A DNA stretch of 56,542 nucleotides, counting the filler, from Platydemus manokwari (Eukaryota), in the NCBI GenBank assembly GCA_037951405.1. It is 6 parts of 6 records of this genome, joined end to end, with 100 filler letters (N's around TTAATTAATTAA, not from the genome) between each part and the next. Parts side by side here need not be neighbours in the genome. Positions count along the whole stretch, not along the records: positions 19,149 to 28,510 come from JBBMOY011259652.1; positions 28,611 to 37,402 come from JBBMOY011349205.1; positions 37,503 to 46,508 come from JBBMOY011315205.1; 3 more parts are not named here. One strand, 5' to 3'. This document shows positions 26,360-37,767 of the stretch, in pieces. Under the pieces are notes generated by a model. That model was not told where the DNA came from and did no database searches. It saw only the letters and a program-made list of their open reading frames with translations. How positions within the stretch are numbered: the first letter of the stretch is position 1; each line of letters starts with the position of its first letter. The translations under genes were made by a program, and so were the position numbers.

Positions 26360-27169
26360 TAGGCTGTGGCTGGATTTATTATGGATAAAAATAGCTCTAA
26401 TGCCTAATGTGTTTGGTGATATTTTAGAAAACTATCAATATACTTGTTAACTTTATATTATACAAGTTGCATATAATTATATAATCAAGCTTCATTAATA
26501 TTCTTCCATAAATCAGCACTGAACTAATATAGTAATTATTATCATTGCCCAAACTTCAATACATTATTGAAGTAGATTATTTATTGTTGTACTTGTTCAC
26601 AATCAAATAATTTTTTTTGCTGCTTATATTTTATTATTGAAAATCATCAACACAATAACTATTGGCAACTTTGTGAGCAAATTTTCAAAAAATATCTGAT
26701 GTACCTCTTATTTCATCTAGATATGGTTAACGGTTTACTTTCGAAATATTTGGTTTGATGCATTTTCTCAAGTTTCTCCAAAATTTTAAAAAATTTTAAA
26801 AATTTATTAAAGGAAATTGTGATCAATATAGTTTTGTTATTATATACTTTTTATCATTTTTGTAATTCTGAGTTTCTATGGTTTCTTCTTTACCAAAACT
26901 GTTTATTTCATAGAGAATTGATTTGTTTATCTGGGATTTGTGTTATTGATCTAAATTTCCATGCTTAACTTTGGCAATATTCCAATTTCTACAATATTTT
27001 GACGACTCTATAAATACAACGAAAATATCGAAGCAAATTTGAATCCAAAAATTTAAATATGCTATGGGATCTGAAACATATAAAATTAGAGGAAAAGGCC
27101 AGTGGTTGACATGACTTGTTTCAAGTGTAAACAAAAGGCATTATTTTTTTTTTGTAAGACAATTAAATT

Positions 27170-28510
27170 TTTTCAATGTGGTAGTCTCTATCTACAAAGA
27201 TTCTGTCTTAGAAATGTGTAGGATGTCAAATACCTAAATACTGAAAAATGAAACATCACATCGGAAGAAAACAATGTCTCAAGCTTAGACACACGTTCTG
27301 AGAAAGATTGTAATATGTTGGACAAAGAAGATTGGAAAGAAATTAATCCAAGAAACTCTAGGGGCAATCAATTCAATTTGTTTGAGAAAAGCTATGCACA
27401 GTTTGTGTATAGTCAAGGAGCTAAACGAAGCCGAATGTTGGCGAAAATAGTTAAGAAAATAACGAATCACAGACCAGAAAAGGCAAAAAATAAACCAATA
27501 GTATATTGTAAAGTTGAAGATGAGAAAGTGAAGGTACTGTTAGACACGGGAGCTGAGCTTAATGTAATTAGCAAAGATTAAGTTATTACCTAATGAAGAG
27601 ATGATCAAAATAAAGAGACCTCCTTACAGATTTAGATTTGCAAATAGATCAATGATAAGACCTTTAAAGCAGGTTAATTTAAGAGTTATAATTGGCGCAG
27701 AGGAATAGTTTCAATATTTTGGTGTAATGCCAAAAATATTCCCAGAATGTTTCATTGGAATATGTGATTTGAAAGTAAATGAATTTCCGTCGTACTGACT
27801 AAGGATTACATTAAGATAAAAGGAATTGAGACACCTTTTGTTTCTCAAACCCAGATAAAATCTTTAAACAGTTAAAGGTCGCGTTTGCGGTGAGAATACG
27901 ACAGAAGTAGAAAAATATTCAGAATAATAAAAGAGTAATATTAGCGAATGATATGATGTTAGGAGATAGTGAATACTTTGTAAAAGCTATGTTTGTTGAC
28001 GGATATAGCAGAAAAATGGATAGATTTTTGGAGTATGTGTTTGTGGCAGATAAGAAAAACATAGTGAAGAAGGATTTGATTATAACCGATTCGTTGCTTA
28101 AGCAAATAACTGATATTTTTGATAAGGTTAAGGCAAATTGAGAATGGCATTAAAAATTTTTTACTGTAATAAATGCAGGTTGGATAGAAAGGATTTAGGA
28201 AATAAACGAAGACTGCCTTGGAAATTCAATTGGGTTGTATGATTTATGTTCCGAAAAGAGAGACACTAAACTAGATTAAATACTAAAAAAAACATTGAAC
28301 AGAACTTATATGATAAACTGAATCCTGAGAATATGAATAATCTTCTAAGGGTTCTGTTGAAATACAGAAATAGTTATAGTACAGGTCCAGAGGACTTAGG
28401 AAAATGCGAGATCGAGAAACATAGTATAAAAAGAAATATTGATCACCCAATAGCTGTCAAACCTCGTAGAATTCCATTGGGATTAGAAGAAGAAGTTAAA
28501 CATCTAATAG
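27170..28510 (+). mobile_element. Degenerate Ty3/Gypsy LTR retrotransposon gag-pol fragment
   Basis: Retroviral aspartic protease motif VKVLLDTGAELNVIS (~27527-27572), and the pre-RT region DLGKCEIEKHSIKRNIDHPIAVKPRRIPLGLEEEV (~28393-28500). Many stops and frameshifts; cut by the contig end. Confidence 0.85.
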
Positions 28511-28610
28511 NNNNNNNNNNNNNNNNNNNNNNNNNNNNNNNNNNNNNNNNNNNNTTAATTAATTAANNNNNNNNNNNNNNNNNNNNNNNNNNNNNNNNNN
28601 NNNNNNNNNN
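28511..28610. other. Artificial contig-joining spacer
   Basis: N44-TTAATTAATTAA-N44. Confidence 0.97.
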
Positions 28611-29064
28611 ATTTTGTTTTGTTTGTGTTTTGTTTTTTTTGTTTAGCGAAAAAACCGGAAAGGAATTACCGACACACCTGGTATATCGGAATCAGAAACT
28701 AATCATAAATTTATGATCTAATGCTTGCTGATTGGATCTCAATCGTTTGTCGATTGAAACAAAAAGGTACAAACGTTTCAATACACTGATAGAAATTGAA
28801 AATGAAACCGACATATAAAATCTTTTGGTTAAGATCTAAAACATTAGCAACAACTGAAAAATCAATACCGTTATACCAAATGAACATAGATTTTGGGCTT
28901 TAAAATTAGGTTACTCGTGAAGAAATACATCAAATAATGTTGTGGTGATGTGTTTTATCTTTCAAGTGCGGAACCCTTTCTTGTTGTGATTCGATCTTAA
29001 TATTTTAGACTTTCTTTGATCAAATAAACCTTTTCTTTTATAATTTTGCTTACACGTCCTAATG

Positions 29065-29513
29065 TGTCACAATAATTTTGATGAGTTTAAAAATAAGCAA
29101 GAAAGATAAGTCAAATAAGTATAAAAGATAAAGTAAAAAATAAACAAGTAAATGCAATTTGATAACAAGTAATATTAACAATTACCGTCTATCTAGGGTA
29201 ATTAAAATAAATAAATACTAGGTTAATGCTGTAGTAAGTATGAACAACAGGATGTTCACATAAGGGATGTACATAGTGAAAATAAGTATATAAAGAGCGA
29301 GTTAACTCTTTATTTTCGTCTGGAGACTTCAATAGGTTTATTTGATAGTCCTGCAACAAATGTAGTTGTACGGGATTAAAAGTGTATTAGAAGGTATTTT
29401 TGATATTAGCAGTGCGCTAATTCGTACAGTAGAGTATTTTAGTATAATATTAGCTAGGACTAGATTCTCAGCTAAGGTATTCAGAAGAAGTATCGGGACT
29501 TGGTAACGTAACA
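29065..29513 (+). mobile_element. Putative LTR (~450 bp) followed by a degraded primer-binding site
   Basis: Starts TGTCAC and ends GTAACA (near-inverted TG..CA ends), with an internal TATATAAAG at ~29287. Followed by TTTTAGGGATTCGT, loosely like a tRNA-Pro PBS. No second copy in the window. Confidence 0.4.
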
Positions 29514-30617
29514 TTTTAGGGATTCGTGTTCCCTCAACGTTAATCTTTCATATATACATATCTTCGTCAAAAAGACGTATTTATTTTTACTTTGTGCCTA
29601 CCAGAATTTGAATAGGAGTCAAATAAGTAGGATAAGACAGCGCCATCAAGTGACAGTAGTTCTAAACTTAACAATTTTGTCAGTAAAAGTCACTTTCACA
29701 ATGAAAATCTACTGATAATTCATATTTTGTAGTAATGAGCTAAGAATTTATTGAAAATTAAACCTTTTACAGGATCACCTTCACAATCTACCTAAATACA
29801 AATGTGACTTCATTAAATAAATATTGTTGTTTATTATATTTAGTTTTCCGTTTTCACCGCGCACTAGTTTGGATAAATTATTTAATACGTTAAGATATAA
29901 ATTACCAAAATTACACGTTTTTAAAATTGAAGATAGTCAGTACAATAATAAAGGATAGTCACATCAAGAACAAAGAATAATCAATGAAAGTTTGGCAATT
30001 TTTCTCAATAATAAGAATGTGCTTCATACATTTACTTGTTGCTTAAAGTTTTACTTTTCATATGTTAGATTCATTTGAAGATTTGTCCGCATATTTAATT
30101 GATTGGTTTTATTTTCTCTTATGTCATTGAATCATTTTAGTGCAATTTTAATCCAATCGGACAGTGGTAATTTGAAAATAAAAAAAATTGATTAATTAAT
30201 GATGGTTGCGTCTATTGGGATTTATTGTCTATCCTTTTTGAAGATTGTCCAATGGTTTATGAGAATTATCAAGATGAGAATTATCTACATCAACGGCCAC
30301 ATTGAATGAAACTGTATTCAATTGAGAAAATATCTCAAACGACAAAAACATCAAATAATTTTTTACATTTATAATTTTAGGTAATTGCTCAGACTTCTCA
30401 ATATCCAAGAAAAAAAATAGATAGGAACCAAATAAATATGATATTAATTATCAGGGGGGTTTATTTTCCGACAGAGAAATAGTGAAATAACATTCTAAGA
30501 TGAATCAATGAATAAAACTATAGTCACATTATTTAAAATCTTTTATACTTTCAAAAATGTATCCAAGAATACGTTCCAGAACCAGTAACAATGACTCAGA
30601 ATTTAATTTTTAAATCA

Positions 30618-32455
30618 CACTAAAAGCATTTTTTGCTATGGAATATTTATATCCTCAATTGAATGTGTTAAAAATTCCTGTATGAGGATTGTTTATAATG
30701 ACATCTTTCATAAAATGTGATATTGTTGCTCATTACTTATTTATTTATGGTAGAAATTAATAATTTTCTTCAATATTATTCAACAACAATTATGTCAGTG
30801 TGAAGAAAACATATTTCAGTTTGTCGGAACTCAAAAATAGTATTGATATTTTCTCAAATTGAACACATCACCAACAGAAGTTATTATATTTAATAAGTTG
30901 GAAGATGTCAAGATAAGGTTTACAGCCAATAGAATTATACACAATTGTTCATATGTATTTTGATGTTTTTGGAAAATGTAAATAAATGATCTTGTTTCAA
31001 AAGAATATGCAGCAAGCTTTGGAAACAAGCTGATAGATCACATTGGAAATTGAACGCCGTGTAGTGTCTGCAAGTATTTGACCAAAAAGACATGAAATAT
31101 TATAAATTTAATTATAACAATGGAAAGAAAGTAGTCTTATAATTTTGTGCTTTAAATCTGAAGGGTATTAATTTGGTATGATCAACACAGACTTGTGCAT
31201 CATAATGTTTTTTACTATTATATTTATACCAAATATTGTAAAGCTCTATTTTTCAACATTTGAGAGAACTGTGGCCTCAGACAGTTCATCATATGAATAT
31301 GATATTGAAGATCTAAGCTAAATAGATTAGGTCATACATGAAACAATTCTAATAGTTCAGACTAAATTATTTAGTTTACGACTTAAGCCTTCCGAAAAAA
31401 GAATTACGATTGAAATGGAAAAAAGACTTTATAATAGTGTATATAACTTTATATCACAGGCTATTCATTTATTTTGTCACTAAATAGAGTCAATTTATTG
31501 CAGAGATATCAGTGAACCTTCAAATATCTTTAATAACCAGGAATACAAACCTCAAGAATTTTACCTCTTTATCGATAATTGAAAGGGTATTATAAAATGT
31601 ATATTAATGCTTAACATGAATTATTTTATCCGAAATCTGAAAGAATCATGTTAAGATACATACATATACATACATACACATGAAAGATATTACATATCAC
31701 CATAAATGGGGCATCTACATAGACTTGAAAATTATGAATTTTCTCTTGGAACAACAATCTGGGTATGCAAAATACCCCTCTTTTGCATGTAAAATTGTAA
31801 ATATTGAGTGAAGAAAGCCTGGGCACCATCAGAAAGCTTGGTTTCACGCTGTCAATATTTTTGAAGAGACAAAGTAAGATTGAAGATTGCAGCAAAGTTT
31901 GATACAGCAGTTTTTGCTAAAATATTCAATTGACCTAAATAAAAAATATTTACTGGTCATTGCTATTATTAATTTATCGAAGTGTAATTGTCAACTATTT
32001 ATAGATTTCTACAGAAATCTTTAATTCTTATGTCATAAAGGACTGAAGAATTTTTGAAATGCAATTATATCGTAAATAGAATAAGATAGACTCAGTTAAT
32101 ATATTAATAAAAAGAATTAAAACTTTTGATATATTAAATGAAATATGATGATAATCGAAATAAACGAAAATTTTTGATTACGTAACCACCAGTTAAAGAT
32201 GTAATCAATCAGTAAGGTCTAGTCATAACAATTGTTATAATTTATAACAATGTATTTTTAAAGTATTGATTATGAGAAACACTATTTCAATAATTTTGTG
32301 ACACATTTGATAAGATCAATTTGATTTACCCAAAATTGTTAATGGTAAAAATTCAATTTTTTTTACTGATAACATATTGTCTAATTTTTAAGTTAAGAAT
32401 TTTGTTTAAATCTTAACTTCAGTTATCGTGGTGTAATCAAAATATTATTACAGTG
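30618..32455 (+). mobile_element. Highly decayed Chapaev3-type (CMC superfamily) DNA transposon
   Basis: Collinear transposase motifs: KEYAASFGNKLIDHIGN*TPCSVC (~31000-31070), LVYDLSLPKK (~31371), IYCRDIS..EYKPQEFYLFID (~31492-31576), ITYHHKWGIYIDLKIMNFLLEQQSGYAKYP (~31689-31778), *VKKAW (~31805). Candidate termini CACT (30618) and CAGTG (ending 32455) are less certain. Confidence 0.7.
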
Positions 32456-33625
32456 TTTTAAAGGTTGATTTGTAACCTTTATTTAGATTTTACTAAGCTG
32501 ACTATTGTGTTGAATCTCAATTCAAAATACTTGTTTATTTAGTACTGACCTTCAACGATTATGCTTTGTATTATTTAATATGATAGAATAATTTAGCCAT
32601 CTTCATACAGTTGAAAGGTCATTTCGTTCTTGTAAATCGATATTGCATAATTAAACAATCGGCATGAATATTTTAGAAAATCTTTTCCTACACTTTTGAT
32701 TTTATTAATTAATACTGTATAGATCCAGTTGAATTTCAATCTAAGGCACTATATATATGTATATATCGAAAAAATAGTAACAATAAATAATCATGAAAAA
32801 ATCCGACGTAAAATAATTGAAAATGCCTCATTTAGTAAATGAAATGTTTTCTATATCTGAAGATAAATTATTTAAATTTCTATTTATAGTTTATGTTTTT
32901 CTTAAAGATTAAAATTTAAATAAAATCTTTCATTAAATAATGGCTGTTTGACCGAAAATAGCAAACAAATACTTTGATGTTTACTTTAAAGTTGGCCATG
33001 TTTAATTTATTATTCGAAATATATGCACTCTAATTTTGATTGATTTTATCAAATGTGTCACAGAATAATTGAAATAAAATTTCTAATAAACAATAGTTAA
33101 CGAATGCATTGTTATAATTACAACAAATCGATTATATAAAATTTAAAATTGAACGAAAGATATAATTTTAACTGACAGATAAAGTGTGGAAGTCGGAACC
33201 GATTATAGGAATGTAATCAGAAATAAATCGAAAATGATTTCATTTGTATTGGTCAGATTAAGCATCCTAAATCAATTGATATATCTAATCGCTGATTAAA
33301 CAGTCATACGACTTGCGAATTATTTCAAATAATGCGATATTATTTCATCAATCTCTCGTCAAAATGATCATTGTAAATACATTTCATTTTCGCATACATG
33401 TCGACAGTTTACACGGCAATCAACACACATCATTCCTTATGACAAAACTTTATTCAGTAAGAAACACAAGCATTTATTCCACGAATTACAACAATTAATT
33501 TAATTGCCGGATCAATGAAGCCAACCAAATTCCAGTGTTTACTTTTCAGATTTATCACATTTAATTGCTAGAAACAAGTCAGAAAATCTAAACATTCTTC
33601 TATTTATGGCCGAAAATATATTGAA

Positions 33626-36600
33626 ATGCCTCTAAAAAAAGATATTTTAAGCTTTATCAAAACCAAAGACTATGACGGATTGGAATATGAATTAAAGAAT
33701 TTAAAAACCAACCAAAAATTTCTTAATGAATCTCTGAAATGGGCATGTTTTCAGGGTGATGCAAAATCGGTGGAAATTCTCATCAAGTTCGGAGCTAATG
33801 CAAATTATTCTGATGAATTCGGTACGACAGTTCTTCATTTTGCTGTCAAGGGTGAAAAAGAAGATGTCATCATTTCTTTGTTGAACTGTGGAGCTGATTT
33901 CCAAGATTGGGAAAATGAAGGAATCAATTTAATGCAATGGTCGATTCGACATGGTTTGGCAGACGTTTTGGATGTCCTTGTGACGAAATTTAACATTGAT
34001 TTGACACAATCCGATGATTTGGGTCGCAGTAATCTTCATTTAGCTTGCATGTTTGGACAAGTGAAAATTGTTCAATATATTCTTGCGACTGGATTGCTCA
34101 GTGTTGATGAAAGAGATGAGAACGGATGGACCCCTCTTCATTATGCCTGTTCGGAAGCTACAACAAGTTTCCGGGAAATGATTCAAGTTCTTTTCAAACA
34201 CAATGCAGATCCAATTTTAATGACAACAAATAATAAAACATCTTTGGATCTGGCCTATGAAGCTGGTCGAGCTCAAGATTTGATCGACGTTTTAACCATT
34301 CATAAAATGCTTCAGCTTTTAATTTCCGTTGACAGTGTTGTAGTGGGCAATTTTCCTGGACGAGAGCCAAATTTGGTGAATCAGAGCAGAACTAGTGAAG
34401 TTGATCATGTTGAGAGACAAATAACCACCAAACATAGAGAATTTCACTCAGCTACGAAATTACAAGAACGCCATGTTACATTGAAATTATCGATATGGAG
34501 AAAGGTTATTTTGAATGATGACATTGAATTGTTGCAAGAATATCGAGATTCCGGAATCTGGTATGATGCTGAGAATCCCTGCAGTTTCGAGGAATGTCAA
34601 GAATTAACTCAACAAAATTTCAGTGAAATCTTTAGAGATTGCTATGAAAATGGAGTTGGACTATTTTCTTATTTCAATGACAATTTTGGAAAACAAATAA
34701 AACGCTCTGATTTTTCCGGAATTCTCATCAATATTAGCCGCATCGGAAAATTCTGCAGTTTAACAACAGAAAATTGTATCTTGTTCAGCAGTTTTCAAGA
34801 ATCGATTCTGTTTTTAGCATATATTACTGGACGATTCAAAGTGGTTGAAATGCTTCTCAAAATGAGACAATTTGATATAATCTCAACATGTCTCATAATT
34901 TGTTTGATAACACATCATTTGGAAAGGAGAAAGAAGTTCCCACTGCAAATTGTCGATAGTCTGCACGCTTTAGCTCATAAATCGGAACTCATTGCTGTTG
35001 ATGTCTTGAACAGGGTTTATTTCAAAGACAATTCTCCAGAAAAACAAGTTACACTCCATTTTTTAAATACACAACTTAGTTCGTATGGAAACAAGAGTCT
35101 TATCGATTTGGCCGATGCTGCAAATTGTTCTAATTTCCTCAGTCTTCCTTGTTGTCAGCTTATTTTAGATAAAAGATGGTATGGGAATTTACGACCGTTG
35201 CGATCTCATTTAAAATGGGTTATACGGTTTTTACCAGTCACGATATTGTTGTACAATCCCTACAACAATAAACCTGTACCTATGTTGAATGGACTGATTA
35301 AAACAAAGTTTGACCAGATAGATGAAGTCAAAATTGTACTCACAGACAAATCAAAGAAAGTAGCACAATTAAATAAAAATGGTTTGCAAGATAACCATGT
35401 TGACTCGTTAAATAGATTCCAAGTACTTTATGCAGTTGTCAATGCACCTGGAACGAAATTCTTTTATCATTCGGTAGCGCATTTTATTTTTCTATTAATA
35501 ATGTCTTACATAATGCTTTTTGATTTTCATATAATTGTTGAATGGGAAGAAATTCTTTGTTATTCATTTGTTTTAGGATATGCTATTGAAGAATCTCGTC
35601 AATGTTTTCTTGTATCCATACAAACATCGATTAAGGATTATATAAACGATAAATGGAATTGGTTAGATATTTCTGCAATTTTGGCAACAGTAATTGGATT
35701 AGTTTTGCGATTGATTACGCAGCACTATGTTGAAGTTAAAAACATTTCTCGATATGAGGAATCCATGAATGATTTGTTCTACATTTCAAGGGTGGCTCTT
35801 CTAACAAGCCTATTATTATTCTATCTTCGGATTCTTTTCATTGCATCTATCTCAGCAATTTTAGGTCCCAAACTAAGAATGATTGGTGATATGCTGCGGA
35901 AAGATTTCCTTCCACTTTTATTATTATTTGTCATTTTTATTCTAGCTTTTGGTGTTTTATTTCAAGGTCTGTTATATCCAAATGGTTGGTATCACAAAAA
36001 CAATAATACTAAATTACTGCCTCCAAAAATGGTATCGAAATATGAAATTGAGATTGTAGGACTTCTTCTTAAACGAGCTATTTATGGAATATTTGAAGCT
36101 GACTTTCCAATAGAAGAAACAAAGTGTGAATCTCAAGATTATTGTGTCCATCCTCTTGGGCGCAATTTAGTTTTAAGTCTTAGCTTAATTATATACATTG
36201 TCATAGTGTATATTATGCTTATGAATCTTCTGATAGCTTTGTTTAGCAACACTGTAGCGCGTATTAATCAGCGGTCCATTGAACATTGGTTGGCCGATAG
36301 ATATAAATTAGTCGAAGAATATAAAGAACGTAGTATATTTCCGCCACCGTTTAATATTTTTGAACGATTTTTCAACATTCTTTTCCATATATTTCGACTT
36401 GTGAAATCACCTTGTTGCAAATACCACTTCTCTTGTTCGTATAAAATAATCAATCAACCAGAGTCAGAAGTGAATACCGTTGTCAAATTTATAATAATAC
36501 AATCCTTTGCATTGAAAACGTGCCGTTACTTGTTGGGTTCAAAAAGTAGCCGAAATATTCTATCATCTGCCAGTTCTTCAGATAAAATGTCTGAACTTGA

Positions 36601-36913
36601 AATGAAAGTATTGAAAGATAAAATCCATAAAGTTGACATGAAACTGGACAAAATTCTTTCCATAATTGGGATGAGTCGACCATTGGATAATTGTAAAGAA
36701 ACCGAAGAGCAACTGTTCCCTCGAGTTAATAATCTCAAATACCAGGAATTCCCAATCAAGCATGAATCAAAACGAAATAGCAGAATGTCTACAGCAAGTA
36801 GTTACAAACATAAAGATATTGATAATTATTCACCTCGAGAAGGCAAGAATCAAGAATGGAATAACGCAATGGATATATTTAAAAGTATTTTAGATGAAGA
36901 TGACCTGAAATAA
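33626..36913 (+). CDS. TRP cation channel with N-terminal ankyrin repeats and a TRPM-type core; single-exon CDS of 1095 aa
   Basis: About 5-6 ankyrin repeats in aa ~30-220 (GTTVLHFAV, GRSNLHLAC, GWTPLHYAC). MHR4/pre-S1-like YGNKSLIDLADAANCSNFLSLPCCQLILDKRWYGNL and NAPGTKFF; six TM helices with DKWNWLD, LGPKLRMIGDM, MNLLIALFSNT; TRPM-style TRP helix W..RY.LV.EY.ER..FPPPF; short C-terminal coiled coil. Confidence 0.95.
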   Translation: MPLKKDILSFIKTKDYDGLEYELKNLKTNQKFLNESLKWACFQGDAKSVEILIKFGANANYSDEFGTTVLHFAVKGEKEDVIISLLNCGADFQDWENEGINLMQWSIRHGLADVLDVLVTKFNIDLTQSDDLGRSNLHLACMFGQVKIVQYILATGLLSVDERDENGWTPLHYACSEATTSFREMIQVLFKHNADPILMTTNNKTSLDLAYEAGRAQDLIDVLTIHKMLQLLISVDSVVVGNFPGREPNLVNQSRTSEVDHVERQITTKHREFHSATKLQERHVTLKLSIWRKVILNDDIELLQEYRDSGIWYDAENPCSFEECQELTQQNFSEIFRDCYENGVGLFSYFNDNFGKQIKRSDFSGILINISRIGKFCSLTTENCILFSSFQESILFLAYITGRFKVVEMLLKMRQFDIISTCLIICLITHHLERRKKFPLQIVDSLHALAHKSELIAVDVLNRVYFKDNSPEKQVTLHFLNTQLSSYGNKSLIDLADAANCSNFLSLPCCQLILDKRWYGNLRPLRSHLKWVIRFLPVTILLYNPYNNKPVPMLNGLIKTKFDQIDEVKIVLTDKSKKVAQLNKNGLQDNHVDSLNRFQVLYAVVNAPGTKFFYHSVAHFIFLLIMSYIMLFDFHIIVEWEEILCYSFVLGYAIEESRQCFLVSIQTSIKDYINDKWNWLDISAILATVIGLVLRLITQHYVEVKNISRYEESMNDLFYISRVALLTSLLLFYLRILFIASISAILGPKLRMIGDMLRKDFLPLLLLFVIFILAFGVLFQGLLYPNGWYHKNNNTKLLPPKMVSKYEIEIVGLLLKRAIYGIFEADFPIEETKCESQDYCVHPLGRNLVLSLSLIIYIVIVYIMLMNLLIALFSNTVARINQRSIEHWLADRYKLVEEYKERSIFPPPFNIFERFFNILFHIFRLVKSPCCKYHFSCSYKIINQPESEVNTVVKFIIIQSFALKTCRYLLGSKSSRNILSSASSSDKMSELEMKVLKDKIHKVDMKLDKILSIIGMSRPLDNCKETEEQLFPRVNNLKYQEFPIKHESKRNSRMSTASSYKHKDIDNYSPREGKNQEWNNAMDIFKSILDEDDLK

Positions 36914-37402
36914 AGTTTTGTATTTTTTTAAATATTAACTTGTTTATTCTTATAATAGTCATTTTAGAGATGTTCATTATGATTTTATATCGTTTATTTC
37001 GAACTGGTCTAGTGTTTTAAATCGTTTATTTTCAAATATATTTTCAGCTGTTATTATTAACATTTTCCTCTAATTTTGATGAACTTTTCCTGTTGATGCT
37101 GTCCTCTGAATGATTATTTGTAAATAAATTTCGTTGATTTAATAACCGATATGAATTAGTTCTAACGGAACATATATACGAATTAATGTCAAATAGAATT
37201 AATAAAACAAATCAAATATAACTTACTAATGGTTTTTATATTCTATAATTACACACTCGGATTTTATTATTTCGACTCATTCCTACTTAATCATTATGAA
37301 ATTCTTTAAATAATTACTTTAATTTTGTTTTCAATTGAAAAATAAACACTTGATTATTTGAAACAATCAAATTAAAATTTAATTCCAGACATCATAACAA
37401 TA

Positions 37403-37502
37403 NNNNNNNNNNNNNNNNNNNNNNNNNNNNNNNNNNNNNNNNNNNNTTAATTAATTAANNNNNNNNNNNNNNNNNNNNNNNNNNNNNNNNNNNNNNNNNN
37501 NN
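37403..37502. other. Artificial contig-joining spacer
   Basis: N44-TTAATTAATTAA-N44. Confidence 0.97.
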
Positions 37503-37503
37503 G

Positions 37504-37767
37504 TATACAAATAACACAACTTATCAATGTATAATCATCAATGGTCAACAATTTTTACTTCATAAATTAAATAATGAAATTTATTTAAATTTATTTAGTG
37601 AAAGTGTTTTATTAACAAATGGATTATTGGATATAATATTTGGAAATATTGATAATAATAACGATAAAGATAAAGATTTAGTAATTTCTGAAGAAATTGA
37701 GGATTATTTTAAAATTTTAAAGGATCCTAAGAGATTTGTTACTTTATTAAAAGATGTGGAGGCTTAA
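37504..37767 (+). CDS. C-terminal fragment of a hypothetical protein resembling a Polinton accessory ORF
   Basis: Stop-free from the contig start: ..IINGQQFLLHKLNNEIYLNLFSESVLLTNGLLDIIFGNIDNNNDKDKDLVISEEIEDYFKILKDP..*. The T.GL..LIF..D...Y..IL pattern is recalled from Polinton-associated proteins. Confidence 0.4.
   Translation, partial: YTNNTTYQCIIINGQQFLLHKLNNEIYLNLFSESVLLTNGLLDIIFGNIDNNNDKDKDLVISEEIEDYFKILKDPKRFVTLLKDVEA

Noticed and set aside
27170-29513. Joining the Gypsy pol fragment and the LTR-like block into one element
   Set aside because: They are separated by an artificial spacer, and a PBS-like motif after the LTR would make it a 5' LTR, which is the wrong order.
31626-31895. 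Minus-strand ORF and an integrase-like SDGAQAFFTQ reading
   Set aside because: The plus strand carries much stronger collinear Chapaev3-type motifs at the same position.
33701-36763. Several antisense ORFs inside the TRP channel gene, and similar ones inside CFAP57 and SPT16
   Set aside because: Expected shadow frames of real coding sequence, with no independent motifs.
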